Assembly: GCA_964016885.1 (NCBI GenBank)
Contig: OZ024756.1
Span: forward strand, 33,418,001 to 33,482,000
Source of the DNA: Eledone cirrhosa
Lineage: Eukaryota
Direction of reading: 5' to 3'
DNA length: 64,000 nucleotides
Both the position numbers and the translations under genes were made by a program. How positions within the stretch are numbered: position 1 is the first letter of the stretch; each line of letters begins with the position of its first letter. Of the stretch, positions 13,365 through 28,805 are shown piece by piece. Below the pieces are notes generated by a model, which was not told where the DNA came from, did no database searches, and saw only the letters and a list, made by a program, of their open reading frames with translations.

Positions 13365-14485
13365 CACACACGCAGACACACGGAATTTATAACACACCAC
13401 GTAAGGTATATAAGGTATATGATGTCGAAGAACAAAATAAATTTATGTGAGTTGATTATTCATGAAGAATGTTAACCTGGTGTTTCTGATATTTGGCATC
13501 AGCAATTTTGCAATTTTCCTATTAATCATAAAATTCTTGTTCTCCAATTATCCAAAACGTTGGATTTTTAACTAGTTGCAGTACGTCACCTCACTGCCAG
13601 ATATTTGTACTGCTAATATATGGTGGTCCCCTGTCGTTTTAAATGAAGTGTCTTCATGAAAATATGTGGAGGTTCTTGTATCACTTGCTTTGCGTCTTCA
13701 GTTTAAATGTTGTAAACATGTCTTCCATCTGTTTATAAATGTGTTATCTCCAATAACTCCCGGTGATAAATCCTCTGTAACATCCCAGATAAAAAAATGT
13801 CTTAACCAACAGAACTAGTTATGTTATCTTAGAAGTGAGATATGCTGAGTTATCTCTTCTATCTATTTACGAAAAAATGTTTGCATTAAATGGATCAACA
13901 TGCAACATTCATTAGAAATATTTTATTACGGTTATTCAAAAGTTTGATAGCTTTATTTTTTTTTTTTCACTTCTATAACATGTTATCACAAATGTGTTCC
14001 ATGAAATTAATCTATAATATTATAATACTCGATGTTGGAGTTTCTCATTAAATATGAAAACGAATAAATAAATACAAAGCTAATTACGTCGTTCCATTTG
14101 ATCTTTACTCTATGCATCGCATATGTCCTCAAGATATTTGCCAAAAATAGCAAATTCGACAGAAAACCAAATAAACAAGCAAACATACAAAAGATTATTT
14201 TTTAAGAATATTTTATTGTACTCATAAGAATTCGTGAGTTCGGCGAAGTTCATATGCCATAGAATGTTATGGATTCTGACATTCAGATGTGACCTATCGT
14301 CTGAGAGCTAAAAAAATCATGTTTTTTTTTGTTTTGTCTTTTCGATTCTCTCTGAGACAAACGGTCAGGCATAAAACTGCAGATATGAGACGTTATATAT
14401 CTTATCCTACCACGGCATAAAACTTCAAACAAAAATGTTATTACAAATACACAGACCTACTAACTATTATATAAATATTAAGAAA

Positions 14486-14522
<37 letters not shown>

Positions 14523-14578
14523 ATGTAGTTGACCGCTAAGTGAAAAGAGTACTCAATACCGAAACGAGTTTAAATATT

Positions 14579-14658
<80 letters not shown>

Positions 14659-14852
14659 CAGATTACTGGGGCCCTTCGGGGGAATTAAATTGAATCCAGA
14701 TCTTGATTGTTACATTATTTCATAGAGCCACAGAAGCATAAATGACAAGATTGACATCGGCGGGATTTAAACTCAGAAATGAAATGTCGAAAAGCATTCT
14801 GTCAGAAGCCCTAACGATTCTGCCAATTCACCACATTTAAGTTACAAAATAA

Positions 14853-15024
14853 TTGTTTCTACGTTTGGCACAAGGCCAGTAATTATCCCAGTGCATTACT
14901 AGTGCTTTATTTTATCGACCCCGTACAGATGAAAGGCAGATTTAACCTCGGCGGGATTTGAACTTAGACCGGAAAGAGCGTATGCTACAAATCATAACGT
15001 CCGACCCTCTACCGATACTGCCAA
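14853..15024 (-). mobile_element. SINE S1 with TSD acaaaataat; an older SINE remnant lies just left (~14690-14835)
   Basis: S1 match; acaaaataat on both sides. Confidence 0.9.
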
Positions 15025-15584
15025 ACAAAATAATAAGATATGTTTGTTCCTAATATAGTACTGTGTTTTCTTTATTCCTCTTAGGTGCTAATGTTTGCAT
15101 TGTGATTGATCATATGCAGTTTTCTATTTGATACTATAATTAGATTATCATTTCGAAATCAATTTAAGCGTTAATGCATTTTAGTACAGTTTAAGTACAA
15201 ATTGAAATTGAAATAGAGATGTAATTTTACCTTTTATTATTTTTTACTGAATAAACACGCAACCTATTGTGAAGTAGACAAAAACGTTTACAATTCTTAA
15301 GAGGCATTGCGTTTATATTGCAAAAGTTTTTTTGGGGGGGTAAGATGCGCACCAGGTAATTCATGAAAATAATAGACTAAATATTAAATAGAATGTTGTT
15401 TCATTCTCATTGGATAATTCGTTATATTTTCATAAACGGAAACTACCCTATTTTATACTCAGAACTTTCTACTGTAGCATTAAAAATAATAATTGTCAAG
15501 CTTTGCTCCCTTCTGATCAATAATTAAAAATAAAATTCATCTGTAGAGTTGTGTAGAGTTGGAAGAAATTGACAACACATAAAT

Positions 15585-15664
15585 CTTCTTCTTCTTCTTC
15601 TTCTTCTTCTTCTTCTTCTTCTTCTTCTTCTTCTTCTTCTGCTTCTTTTTCTTCTTCTTCTTCA
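15585..15664. repeat. (CTT)n microsatellite
   Basis: Direct run. Confidence 0.97.
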
Positions 15665-16235
15665 TTGACAAAGCATAAATATTCGATACAGGAACCTACT
15701 TCGATCCTAACTGGATCTCGCCAATACTATTCCAAACTGATAATCATAGAAAAAAAGGACACGATCACCAGGAGAAATAGTAAATGAAGTGCATCCCATG
15801 CTTATCCTTAGTCGTAGACACGATACAGTATGATTCCCCCTGTAATGGCTGGTATAGGAAAGAATTTTAAGTAAACATTTGTATTTGTGAGTTAGTGAGA
15901 ATTATTTACTTTAGATTAAAATGTCAGTTCTTAGCAGGTGATGCTCTTTTGTATGTAAATGCCACATAGATACATAAATACACATACATACTTTCTTAAC
16001 ACGTCTTAAAATGAAACAACATTATTTTCCTTGCCAGTTGTAAGAAAAACAATGAATAAAAGAAAACAAGATTTTCTCTACAAAATGTTTTCCTTGAATA
16101 AATGAATTTAACATGGTGAAAAATATACCAATGAGGAAATATTCTGTACCAAAATTATTATCTCTACAGTTTATTCTATGGTTGTGTTACATTCTAAACC
16201 AGATATAAATTTCTCATACCAAAATGAATAAATAG

Positions 16236-16277
<42 letters not shown>

Positions 16278-16279
<2 letters not shown>

Positions 16280-16986
16280 CGTGTATGCAAAAAACAACCA
16301 GAGACCATTGACCATATAATTTCAATGTGCAGTCCTATAGCTCCAACCGAATACCTAAACAGGCATGACAGAGCTGCACAATACATACATTGGATAATGT
16401 GTAAGCATTTTGACCTGCCCCATCAAAAGAATTGGTGGGAGCATCAACCACCTCCCATACTTGAAAAAGATCACATCTCAATCTTGTGGAACTTTAGCAT
16501 CCAAACAGACCGAAAAATAGATGCAAATAGACCTGATATAATATTGAAGGACTTTCAAAGGAGGGTGTGCCTGCTAATTGATATGTCTGTTCCAATAGAC
16601 AAGAATGTATCTATAAAAACATTTGAAAAATTGAGCAAGTATAAGGACCTGGAGATAGAAATTGGAAAAATGTGGAAATTGAGAACTAAAACAATACCAG
16701 TGGTTGTAGGCGCTCTGGGAATGATACCTAAGGGGTCTAATGATTACATATCGCAAATCCCAGGAAACCCGCGTATAGGAGAAATACAAAAGATAGTACT
16801 AATGGGAACTGCCCATATACTAAGGAAGATTCTGTCAATATAAGTACATCACAAGTCTAAACACTAAAGATGCCTGTGTGAATATGTATGTTCTTTCTTG
16901 AACATGGCGGACCTTGTTGTCTCTTGAGGTCACTGGTTGTGACTTGGTGATAACTCGTATGAACATAAAGCAAGATAAATGCAACT

Positions 16987-16990
<4 letters not shown>
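16278..16990 (+). mobile_element. 5'-truncated R4/Dong-type non-LTR retrotransposon (zinc knuckle, REL endonuclease, 3' UTR) in a (TAA)n tract
   Basis: Open frame RVCKKQPETIDHIISMC..YLNRHD..LWNFSIQTDRKIDANRPDI..LLIDMSVP..EKLSKYKDL..VVGALG (PD-(D/E)xK REL motifs); (TAA)n on both flanks. Confidence 0.95.
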
Positions 16991-17017
<27 letters not shown>

Positions 17018-17018
<1 letters not shown>

Positions 17019-17222
17019 TGTTTCTTATATAGGCACAAGGCCAACAATTTTGGGGGAAGGGAAAGTCGATTAAATCGACCCCACTCCGTGATCGGTACTT
17101 TATTTTATCCACCCCGTAAAGATGAAAGAGCAAGTTAACCTCGATGAGATTTGAACTCAGATCATAAAGGGCTCTATGCTGCAAAGCATGGCGTCCGACC
17201 CTCTACCGATACTGCCAATCCA
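17018..17222 (-). mobile_element. SINE S1 long variant in the Dong TAA tail
   Basis: S1 core with the extra ttttgggggaagggaaagtcgattaaatcgacc segment. Confidence 0.92.
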
Positions 17223-17622
17223 TGTCTAATAATGCCTAAGTTCACAACGCCCATACTACAACTTCATCAATAATAAAGGACCCATGAATTACCATGATCA
17301 ATAAACTATGATCGATAAAATAAAAGCCTTTCTACGTCAGAATAAGTACATATACTGATTTTATAAACTAACATCATTGAAGGGAATGCTGCAGGATGAC
17401 AGACATCCGATATAATGCTAAGAAGTAAAATATGGTGACAAGCCAAATAATCATATTTGCATTTAATTTGCTCCATGTTAATCTTGATTTAAAATTAGGC
17501 TGTGCTCCAATATCTCTTTTACTCTTCCATGTCTGTTATAATCAGTGCTAAGGAAATTAATGATCAGGTCAAAGGACAATACATTCCCCTGAATAATGTA
17601 TGTATGTATATATGTACGTATG

Positions 17623-17706
<84 letters not shown>

Positions 17707-17832
17707 TATTTATATATGTATATATATATATATATATATAATGTAAAGAGCTCATCTCTCGGACGCTAACACATTACAACACCTACACTCCGATTCCCCG
17801 AGTATCAAGTAAGTCCCAATCAATCTACCTAT

Positions 17833-17884
<52 letters not shown>

Positions 17885-18127
17885 TCTCTCCCAAGGTAAC
17901 TCTCTCTCGTGTTCTTATTTTTATTTTATCCTTTATACTCTTTCCTTCATTCTTCTACACGTCTTATACACACCACGTATCTCAACGTACCTCCACTTAC
18001 ATCTGTCTCTCCACCACCGGATCTTGTTACCCGGAGATTTACCCATTTGCATTGTCGAGGCTTCCAAACGACTTAAAGATATTTACCTATTATTCCACAA
18101 TGCTTCAAGCAAACTTCAATACTCTCT

Positions 18128-18175
<48 letters not shown>

Positions 18176-18177
18176 TA

Positions 18178-18281
18178 CGAGGTGGATCAGAAAAGAGTTA
18201 TGTCACAAAGATTTATTTCAAACCTAAACTTCACACTAAGAGTTTTCTCCCTCAGTCCTGGAACTTTTCTGACCCACCTCG
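18178..18281. mobile_element. Tc1/mariner MITE (104 bp) with TA target duplication
   Basis: TA|CGAGGTGGATCAGAAAAG ... CTTTTCTGACCCACCTCG|TA terminal inverted repeats. Confidence 0.88.
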
Positions 18282-18371
<90 letters not shown>

Positions 18372-18960
18372 AGTTGCGACATAGGCAGTTGACTTCGCCA
18401 AAAAGATTAATCTTTCTGTTAGTTAGAGAAAATAATTAGCCATGTTCATCCGGTGCAATTTATTTCAACATATTAAATATTAATATCACAGAAAATATGA
18501 TATTTATGGTTGCAATCAAAGTGGCAGTTGTAAACATGTTTCTGTTAAATCAATCAGAAGTAAATTGGTCTAAACCATTTGTTGAATGAGATGTTTACAA
18601 TAAGTCGATAAAAGTGCAAAAGCCTGTTGCTAATATAATTTCTCTAATTATAAAACCGAATCCAAGCAAATCTTAAAGATCAGCAAAGTCACGCATATGT
18701 GAAATTATTGTACGTAGCGATGCATTAAATAAAGCCAAACATAAATGTATTTGAAATTAGCGTATTATTTGGAGAAAATGCAAAGAAAATCTAGGATCAT
18801 TTCTAAATGGACTAAACGAAAAATTAAAATAATCTAGTTATCTCCCCTAGCCCACACTTTCAAATATGTGCCAGCAGTTGAAAGATATTTTTCTTGTGAG
18901 AGTTATGCGTCCGAATTTCTCAATAGGAATTAGTTTTTTTCTCCAACAAGCATATGGCAG

Positions 18961-19116
<156 letters not shown>

Positions 19117-19372
19117 GTTAGAGGAGCAACTCGGTATTTTGAAAAGTTGGACTCTGAACAACAATTATAATTGAGTGGCTGCTATTTGCAGTATAGCAAT
19201 ATAAGGTTGCACTTACCAGTGAAACGGTCGTAAATACCTGGATAAAATCCTTCTCTTAATGCTTACCTGTGTTTTTTTTCTTTTATACTATATATACATA
19301 TATATGTGTGTGTGCGTGTGTGTGTATATATATATATGTATATGTATATGTATATATATATATACATATTTA

Positions 19373-19525
19373 TTGTTTCTACTTTGGGCACAAGGCCAGC
19401 AATTACGCAGTGCATTACTGGTACTTATTTTATCGACCCCGTAAGGATGAAAGGCAAAGTTAACCTCGGCGGGATTTGAACTCAGAATGACAAGTGTCAT
19501 AACTCTATGTGTCAAAGCATGGCAC
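19373..19525 (-). mobile_element. SINE S1, 5' end missing
   Basis: S1 match. Confidence 0.9.
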
Positions 19526-20269
19526 TTCGTTTTTATTTTTTAGAGGGTTATAAATCCCATTGTCAGTCTAAAATTTCTTTAGTCAGAAAATACAACAAAA
19601 GCTTCTATTTCTAATTTCCAACTCGTTCGCTGTTTCAAAAACATACTTACTATATATGTATATATATATATGTATATATATATATGTATATATTGGTGCT
19701 ACTGGTAACATGTATCCCAGTACAACCTGTCTCATGGTCGGGTCGTTGGCGACTAAACTGGATAACCCACCAAGGTTTCTTGGTGAGGAGGGTGACTTTG
19801 GACATCCTGCAGGACTAAAAACAAAACCTGTCAAAGGGCAAAGGAGCTCTTAAGATACGGATCCCTTAGAATACATTTTTTCGCGACTTCCTGGCCTGAC
19901 TGTAATACCGACCTTTCCTCCTCTTTCTGTCTTTCTTCTTAAAGCTGACATTGACCCTGACTTCTCTTCTTCTTTCTTTTCTTCCTTCCCCTTCTTCTCT
20001 CTTCCTTCTTTCTTTCTTTCTGTTCCCTTCCCCCTTTTTCTCTCTTCTTTCTTTCTTTGTTTTTTCTTGTGGCATAATGTTAACGCTGACTTATGTTCCT
20101 ATCCCTTTCTGTTTTCCTTTATTTGACCGGTAGTAGCACACTGTAAGCTTTAACCACGTCACTTGAGGGCGACCGGCAAAGGTGGAAGATGCTGGATGGC
20201 GGTCGTCCTCGGGTCTTTGATTTTCAGCCCCATGGATTTTATCTATTACATTCACTTATTATATTTCGA

Positions 20270-20327
20270 ATACCTGGTGATATCACCGGATTCATACGGA
20301 ACCCGGTCATTGAAATGATAATAGTAT
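20270..20327 (+). ncRNA. Degenerate hammerhead-like motif
   Basis: atac CTGGTGA ..accgg..ccggt.. GAAA tgataa TA gtat, followed by aataaa as in several other motifs here; one core substitution. Confidence 0.45.
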
Positions 20328-21229
20328 AATAAACCTTTCAAGGATTTACACAAGTCCAGCCTCCTATCATTTCATTATAATTATATATATATATATATAT
20401 ATAGCCTCGTTACTCTGGAGTTTCACCTATTATTACTCTTAATATTTTCATTTATATCGTCATCCACATTGTTCAATTTCCTATCTGGCCGGTGTGAATA
20501 CAATAATATTACGATACTATCAAACCACCAACCCTCTTTGTTCAATAAAATACGAACCAGACGCATCTAGATATAATCGATTATTATTTTGCGAATGTCT
20601 CTTCCGTATAAAATGTAAGACATCATTAGTATATCAAATAAATTCAATTGTCTATGTAAAAGCTATAAAATTTGACTTCATTTCTTCTGGAACTAAATAA
20701 ATTTACAGCGCAGACAATTTATATTCTAATTCTATTAACTCATTTTGATTGTATTGATTCCTAACGTATGTATAAAGTATTTCATATTTGTATTTGGACG
20801 ACGAAGAGAATAGACCTAATTTGGCGTAGAAGACTTTATTTCAATGGACATAGATGAACTACATGATAGCAGATTTTATTAACATGTAATAAATATTAAA
20901 TTGTTCCCTTAACCCTTTTAAATACTTAACTTGTGGAGAAAATAATGTTTTTTTACCCTTTTCAGCGAGTCTCAAAATCATTGGCTGTACCAAGCAATCC
21001 TCAAAGAGGCGACATTGTCCGATTGCTTGAAACGAAGTGCGATCTGCTAAAAGTCAAACTTACCGAAATTTGTCATAGTTTTACGATATGAAACTGTTTA
21101 TCTTAAATCATTTTTATTTATCTAAAATCCTCTCTTCCTGTTTATCTGTAAGAAATTTTCCTTAAATTATGATTTAAATATCAGCTTAATAATGAGAAAG
21201 TTAGTTATATTATTAGATCGTTCTAATAA

Positions 21230-21602
21230 TATGATGTGTTGTTTTTTTTTTAAATGAAAGACAGTGCCTAACATTCTCAAATCGTTTTGATAGAATATAA
21301 CATTTATAACGATCTAATAATTGTTTCTCCGTTTGGCACAATGCCAGCAATTACCCAGTGCATTACTGGTACTTTATTTCATCGACCCTGTAAGGATGAA
21401 AGGCAACGTTAATTCCGCCGAGGTTAACTTTGCCTTTCATCCTTATGGGGTCGATAAAATAAAGTACCACTAATGTACTGAAATAATTGCTGGCCTTGTG
21501 CCAAAAGTGGAAACAATTATTAGATCGTTCTAAATGTTATATTCTTTCAAAACAATTTCAGAATGTTAGGCACTGTCTTTCATTAAAAGAAAACACATCA
21601 TA
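21230..21602. repeat. Fold-back duplication of a SINE S1 3' half plus ~90 bp of its flank
   Basis: Arms ~21230-21412 and ~21422-21602 are diverged reverse complements (atgaaagacagtgcctaacattct..aacgatctaataattgtttc..). Confidence 0.88.
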
Positions 21603-21933
21603 AGAAATTGCTAGACAAATTTCATCTCAGACAAATTCATGAAATATTGTATTTATATGTGGTTTGAGGCATTGATTTGAAACATCAGTATTTCTTCGAG
21701 ACGAAGGCTTTTGTGGTAATCGTTTCGGGTATCTCCGTTCTGTTAAAAATCCCAGCGAGATCAACATAGTTTTTCAGCCTTTCGTGGTCTATAAATACAG
21801 CAGGAGTCATCACATTCCTCTACACCCTCTTCTCTCTTATTCTTCCTCTCTTTCTTCTTCTGCTGCTCCTACTTGTGTTTCTGCTTCTGCTTCTTCATTC
21901 ACTCTCTCTCTCTCATTTTATCTTTCCACCCTC

Positions 21934-21936
<3 letters not shown>

Positions 21937-22029
<93 letters not shown>
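21937..22029. repeat. (CT)n microsatellite
   Basis: Direct run. Confidence 0.97.
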
Positions 22030-22031
<2 letters not shown>

Positions 22032-23544
22032 AATGTACCTGTGATGAAAATGCGTAACCTCCGTACTTTGGTTAACGCTGATTCGTGATGAAACTTACTG
22101 TAATACTTCAAGTGACGGCGAAATTCTCAGCTACACGTAATGTACACGAACATATTACATAATTGAATGATCATCGTCGAGTCTGATGGAGACACTAGCA
22201 GCTACCAACCATTTACATACTTTTATCGTGGAGGTTTCTTGCGATATGAAGCATGCAGTTTTCATTTCCAGTATCTTGTCTAGCGTTACATAAATCAAGC
22301 AAGTTGTGTATTGATTCCATGTAGTCACTATATGTTAACCAGTTCCAATAACACACAAGGACCGAAGAAAAAATGAAGCAAGCCATTACAATATGATGGC
22401 AGCATTTTTTTTTTATTTCCTATTAGAACTATAGCTGTTGCATTGACAGAGAGCACATGCCACGAAAACATATACGGTTATCAATTCTTCTACAGGGAAT
22501 AACATTATTTCCCTGCACATTTATTGTCTATTTACCATCTACATTGTTTGCATGTCACTTGTTACTCACACGGTTTACAGGAAATATGTGTTAAACCCAT
22601 CAAACCATAGATTTTGATTGCTTATTAATATTTATTGAATTTTTACAACCATTTCTCCCCTACCATATACGCGATTCTTTTATTATACATGCCAGCATAT
22701 TAGACAAAACCAATGTTGAAACTATTTTCTCTATGTATTTTTCCCGTCAAATACACAAAAGCAAGGGTAGTAGTTGGTGGTATCGTAAGAGATATACCGA
22801 TATCTATACAAGATATATTTATTTTGATGTTTTTATAGAAGAATATGAATGCTAAATATAAGGGAACCCGAAAAGTTTTTGCATAACAATGGAATAAAAA
22901 TGGCCGACATATTTGGAATTCATTCTACTAGCTAACTACATACGCATAAAGATATAATCAGAACGAGATTTGAATAGATAATATAACAAATTTTTCTACT
23001 GACTGACATGTCTTTCCTGCGGTGGGAAATAAAAAAAAATGTCTTTTGCATGAAAGGAACATTTTCTATGTCTGCTGGAAAAAGACTGCTTACATAAGAA
23101 TAAAAAGAAATAAAAGATACTCATAACTACATAAATGTGAAATTACATTGAAATGGTTGGCAAAGACACGAAATTGATAATTATGTATAACAGGCAAAGG
23201 AAATATATTCCTTAGTCGGGGAGAATCGTAAAACTACCGAAAGTGTCGGGTATAGCTATGTAATAATGATAGATAATTGAAATACGAGCGAGCTGTTCAC
23301 AGTTGGATTTGGACGTTTAAATATCTATCTATCTTAATGGTTTGTAGGACCATTAATGCAGTTAGCAAATTGGAGACGAACACACATGCACACAAACACA
23401 AACACAAACATCTTTTTCTCTCTCTCTCTCTCCATTTATATATATATATAGGAACGATCGACTTTCGTCAAATCGGACCGAGGGAACAATGTTTCCGTTG
23501 GTCTTTCCAATTGCTAATACTATCTATCGGTCGCAACTCCAGGT

Positions 23545-23670
23545 AGAAGGAGCAACGTGAAATAAAGTGTCTTGCTCAAGGACATAACGCATCGCCTGGT
23601 CCAGGAATCGAACTCACAACCTTACGTTTGCGAATCCAATTCTCTAACCACTCAGCCACACGCCTTCACT
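23545..23670 (-). mobile_element. tRNA-derived SINE S2
   Basis: Minus strand: aaggcgtgtggctgagtggttagagaattgg..gagttcgattcctgg..tgtccttgagcaagacactttatttcacgttgctcc, with A and B boxes. Confidence 0.9.
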
Positions 23671-23860
23671 ATATATATATTCGTATAAATGCATAACTAG
23701 TTTGGAGTGTTATGTGGAACAACTTGCTTTATTTGTCCTGACCCTTTACGTTCAAAGTTTAAATTCGGCCAAGGTCAATTCTGCTTTTCCTTTTGTCACC
23801 ATCAGTAAATAAAGAAATAATTATGTACTGGGGGTAGCTTTTTGTTTCTTCTCTCTTTCC

Positions 23861-23968
<108 letters not shown>

Positions 23969-24354
23969 TCACACACACACTCTTTCTCTCTTTCTCTTCC
24001 TCTCGTTCTTCTCCGTTTCACTCTAAGAAATTGGCTGTGGCTTCCAAATTATTATCTTGTTAAACAAAAGAAAGACACATAAAAACATATACATGAATGC
24101 ATGAGGAAACCATCTTTGTATTCTCCGACGGAAACGCCGTGGTAAGCACATAGTAATTCGCAAGAAAGCCAATAGAAGGCTTCATCAACCGGTTAACACA
24201 ACAAATAAAGAAAGGATGTTTAGCAAGAGACAATTATTGAAACGTATCAAATATTGACAGCCCTCATTTATAGTTTTTAAAAGGAGATATTTCGGGAGCC
24301 GATTGTGTAATGGTAACAGAGAAAGAAATCCTTGATTTTTCGTTTTCATTGCTG

Positions 24355-24866
24355 TCATCATCATCATCATCATCATCACCATCATCATCCGGCGGCCTCA
24401 GCCGAAATTGACTCAACAATTGATTTCCACATGGGTCTGTCGTTCGTTGCCGTTGGCAAGTCCTGGATTTCAATACCAGAATCTCTGGAGATGACATTGG
24501 AGTAGAAGAGCTTGCGCCCCCATGTTATTAGTGACTGCTTGTGGATTCCAAAGCACTAATGGGGACACAGCCTCGTAGGTGTGGCATGGTCAGCTTGCAA
24601 CAAGATGGATCGAGTTTGGCGCTCAAATCTTTCCAACTACACCAAGTTCAGACTCTTCCAAGTAACAAATCAACCAATCCTGCTATATGGAAGTGAAACA
24701 TGGACGCTTTCATCAAAACAACAAAAGTACCTTGATGGCACTTACACTCGCCTGCTTCATCGCATTCAGAACATAAGCTGGCGGCATCTGTCTTTGAGAG
24801 AGATATATGCCGGCCTCCCACGCATATCTGTCGTTGTACGTAAAAGGAGAGTAAGATTTGCTGTCA
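24355..24866. mobile_element. 5'-inverted RTE-clade LINE fragment with (TGA)n tail
   Basis: Plus 24581-24866: AWSACNKM..PILLYGSETWTL..LDGTYTRLL..RRVRFA. Minus 24580-24388: YEAVSPLVLWNP..GRKLFYSNVISRDSGIEIQDL..DRPMWKSIV..* then (TGA)n. Confidence 0.88.
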
Positions 24867-24959
24867 GCCACAAATCCTGGCAGGAGCAAAAGGGATTTCA
24901 ACTCATAACGAACAGGGCTGACCCAGATATTGCTGCTGTTCTTGTTCCGATACGTAAAT

Positions 24960-25078
24960 GATCGGCCCAGAAGGGATGAAAAGGAAAGTTAGCCTGACAG
25001 GAATTTGAACACAGAGTCGCTGTATATGTAAATGTATTTAACCCTATGTCCTTATAACGCTGCCAACTCACCACATTT
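24960..25078 (-). mobile_element. Old S1-related SINE remnant
   Basis: gggatgaaaaggaaagttagcctgacaggaatttgaac..ctgccaactcaccac. Confidence 0.7.
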
Positions 25079-25277
25079 AATTTGTAAAGACGAAAAGAAA
25101 ATAACTACTTTAATAATCGGACTTATGGAACATTATTTCCGTTGTTCTTTCCATTGCTGATATGCACTTCTGGTCACGAGACCTGACAAACAAACAGCCT
25201 GAAATAAACTGTGTTGTTTAAGAACAGAATGTTCCACTCACTCCAACAATAGGTTTATGATCATGAATTCAACACAC

Positions 25278-25770
25278 TAATCGCTAGGCCACAGTCCTGA
25301 CCCTCAAACAATATTGTATTCACTAGACCAACTCATTGATCACTTGGATTGGAGCTGATAAAATGACAAAGTATTTGGAAATCAGAGTTGTAAACACTGG
25401 GTTATGAATACATGTACATACTGTTTTATATCCCAATATAAACAGGGGACCACACTGTAAAGGGGTAGCATGAAAACTAGAGGCTGTTTTATATAACTGA
25501 GTAGGGAGAAAGGCAAACGTAGAGGAATAACATAATGAATGAGCTTCAGAAATTATATCTAGCCTAGCTGCAAATAACAATGATTTCGAACAATGTAACA
25601 CCTGCTCAATTATTCTGGTGTCTATTAGAATTACCGTTGGTACATGAATTATTTAACTCCAGTAGGATGGATGAGAATTCCTCCTATACTTGGGTACATC
25701 TCGTAATGAATATCAAAGTGTCATGTAATTAAATGTGGCACAAATGGCCACCAGAAAGACAGCCTAATTA
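25278..25770 (-). mobile_element. Decayed Penelope-like 3' region; part repeated at 26341-26456
   Basis: atcgctaggcca..gttgtaaacactg is duplicated. The adjoining 26260-26530 matches the hammerhead fold-back at 58880-59160. Weak HPTGVK motif recalls the PxGLN tail. Confidence 0.45.
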
Positions 25771-25867
25771 TCTGCGAGAAAATATATAGCGGAAGTGATG
25801 GAGATAAAGTATGGGAAGAAGAATGAAATGAAAAGAGAGACAAAGAGAGAACGAGAGAAAGAGAGAG

Positions 25868-25984
<117 letters not shown>

Positions 25985-26536
25985 AATAAACCCGCATACG
26001 GTGAGGCATTTAGACAAACACAGTTATACATACTTTGCAAATATATATATATAAATAAATATATATATAATTTATCATTAAAATGTTAAATCATTTGTAA
26101 AAATGAATAATGGTGTCTAATATACAGAGAGACAAACGCGGGAGCAAGATTGGCGTGGACAAGTACACTACTGGTGAAATATATTGTAATGCCCACTAAT
26201 ACTCATACATACATATACGTATAATATATCGTATATATATATATAAAAACGTATATGTAAAGGTTATATTTAATTTGTTGGGATACAACAAGCAAAATAT
26301 TTTTAGCACTCAACAAATTATTGGAGTAAATATACAATATAATCGCTAGGCCAGAGTCCTGAGACAATATTGTATTCACTAGACCAAACTCATTGATCAC
26401 TTGGATTGGAGCTGATAAAATGACAAAGTATTTGGAAACCAGAGTTGTAAACACTGTGGCCCTTGCAATATGTATAATGAAATAAATATGGTTTTATAAA
26501 TATAGTTTCCATTTGTTAATATATTGTATAATCGTA

Positions 26537-26569
<33 letters not shown>

Positions 26570-26584
26570 GTATATATATATATA

Positions 26585-26782
26585 ACAAAGGAATTGTGGT
26601 AAGGAATCAGTTGGACCATAACGCACCAGAGTACTTAATACTTAGGGTAGTAGAGTGGGAAATAGGAAAAAGTATGACCCCGACGGCAGAGCTCAAGCCG
26701 TTTCGACAGCTTTTTCTGGACGCGTCCAGAAATAGCCGTCGTAGCGGCTTGAGCTCTGCCGTCGAGGTCATATTTTTCCTAT
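26585..26782. mobile_element. Fold-back element family D (3' half of a hammerhead) in (TA)n
   Basis: Palindrome 26662-26782 centred on ggacgcgtcc; tail 26585-26661; GAAAC ggc-ttgagctct-gcc GTC ggggtc. Confidence 0.85.
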
Positions 26783-27149
26783 ATATATATATATATAATG
26801 TAGGAGGTGAGTTATCTCTCTCTCTCTCTCTATCACCCATCTCTCCTCCTCTCTCATCCTTCCTTATTATACTCCTCCCCCCCTCCATTCTTTACTCACA
26901 TCTCCTCCTCTTCCTTACCTTTTCCAACCCCCCCCCCCCCCGACCTCACTTTTTCCCAATCTCATACATCAATCTTAAATTATTTTTCATATGTTCATTT
27001 AAAACTTCACTATTCACAAGTGGTTTTTAAGCTTCATATCATGTATCCCTATTTTTTTCTGATGAAAACACAGATATCATCCCATGATGATATTTGTTTT
27101 TGAAATGCGCATAATAAAATACTTGGAACTCTTTTAACCATCTTTTGAT

Positions 27150-28441
<1,292 letters not shown>

Positions 28442-28720
28442 ATGTCTCACGCTTTGTAAAATACTTATTCAATAAGTTATAATGAACATGCAATGATCTA
28501 TTTTGAATTATCTTTCGTCTTTATGGCGACCATTTTTTATTTTTCGATACATACTTGCACACATACATGTATACATATTTACATTTAAATATACAAACAT
28601 ATATATATAAAGTAAAACTTACCAACAAGCCCCACATATAAAGATTCCAACACAAATACATAACTACATGTGTGTGCGCGTGTATGTGTATAAAATATAT
28701 ACAGTCGGAGATTCTCGTTC

Positions 28721-28805
<85 letters not shown>

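Noticed and set aside
16325-16843. 172-aa intact ORF as a host gene
   Set aside because: It is the C-terminus of a 5'-truncated R4/Dong LINE with several decayed paralogs in the window.
20940-21090. Acceptor-like site followed by a 41-codon open frame
   Set aside because: No recognisable protein or clear donor; may be an old repeat remnant.
21788-21830. TATA box (ctataaata) upstream of a CT-rich tract
   Set aside because: Expected by chance in AT-rich DNA; no downstream exon evidence.
23545-23670. Functional tRNA genes at A/B-box sites
   Set aside because: These are SINE heads continuing into SINE cores; no complete cloverleaf.
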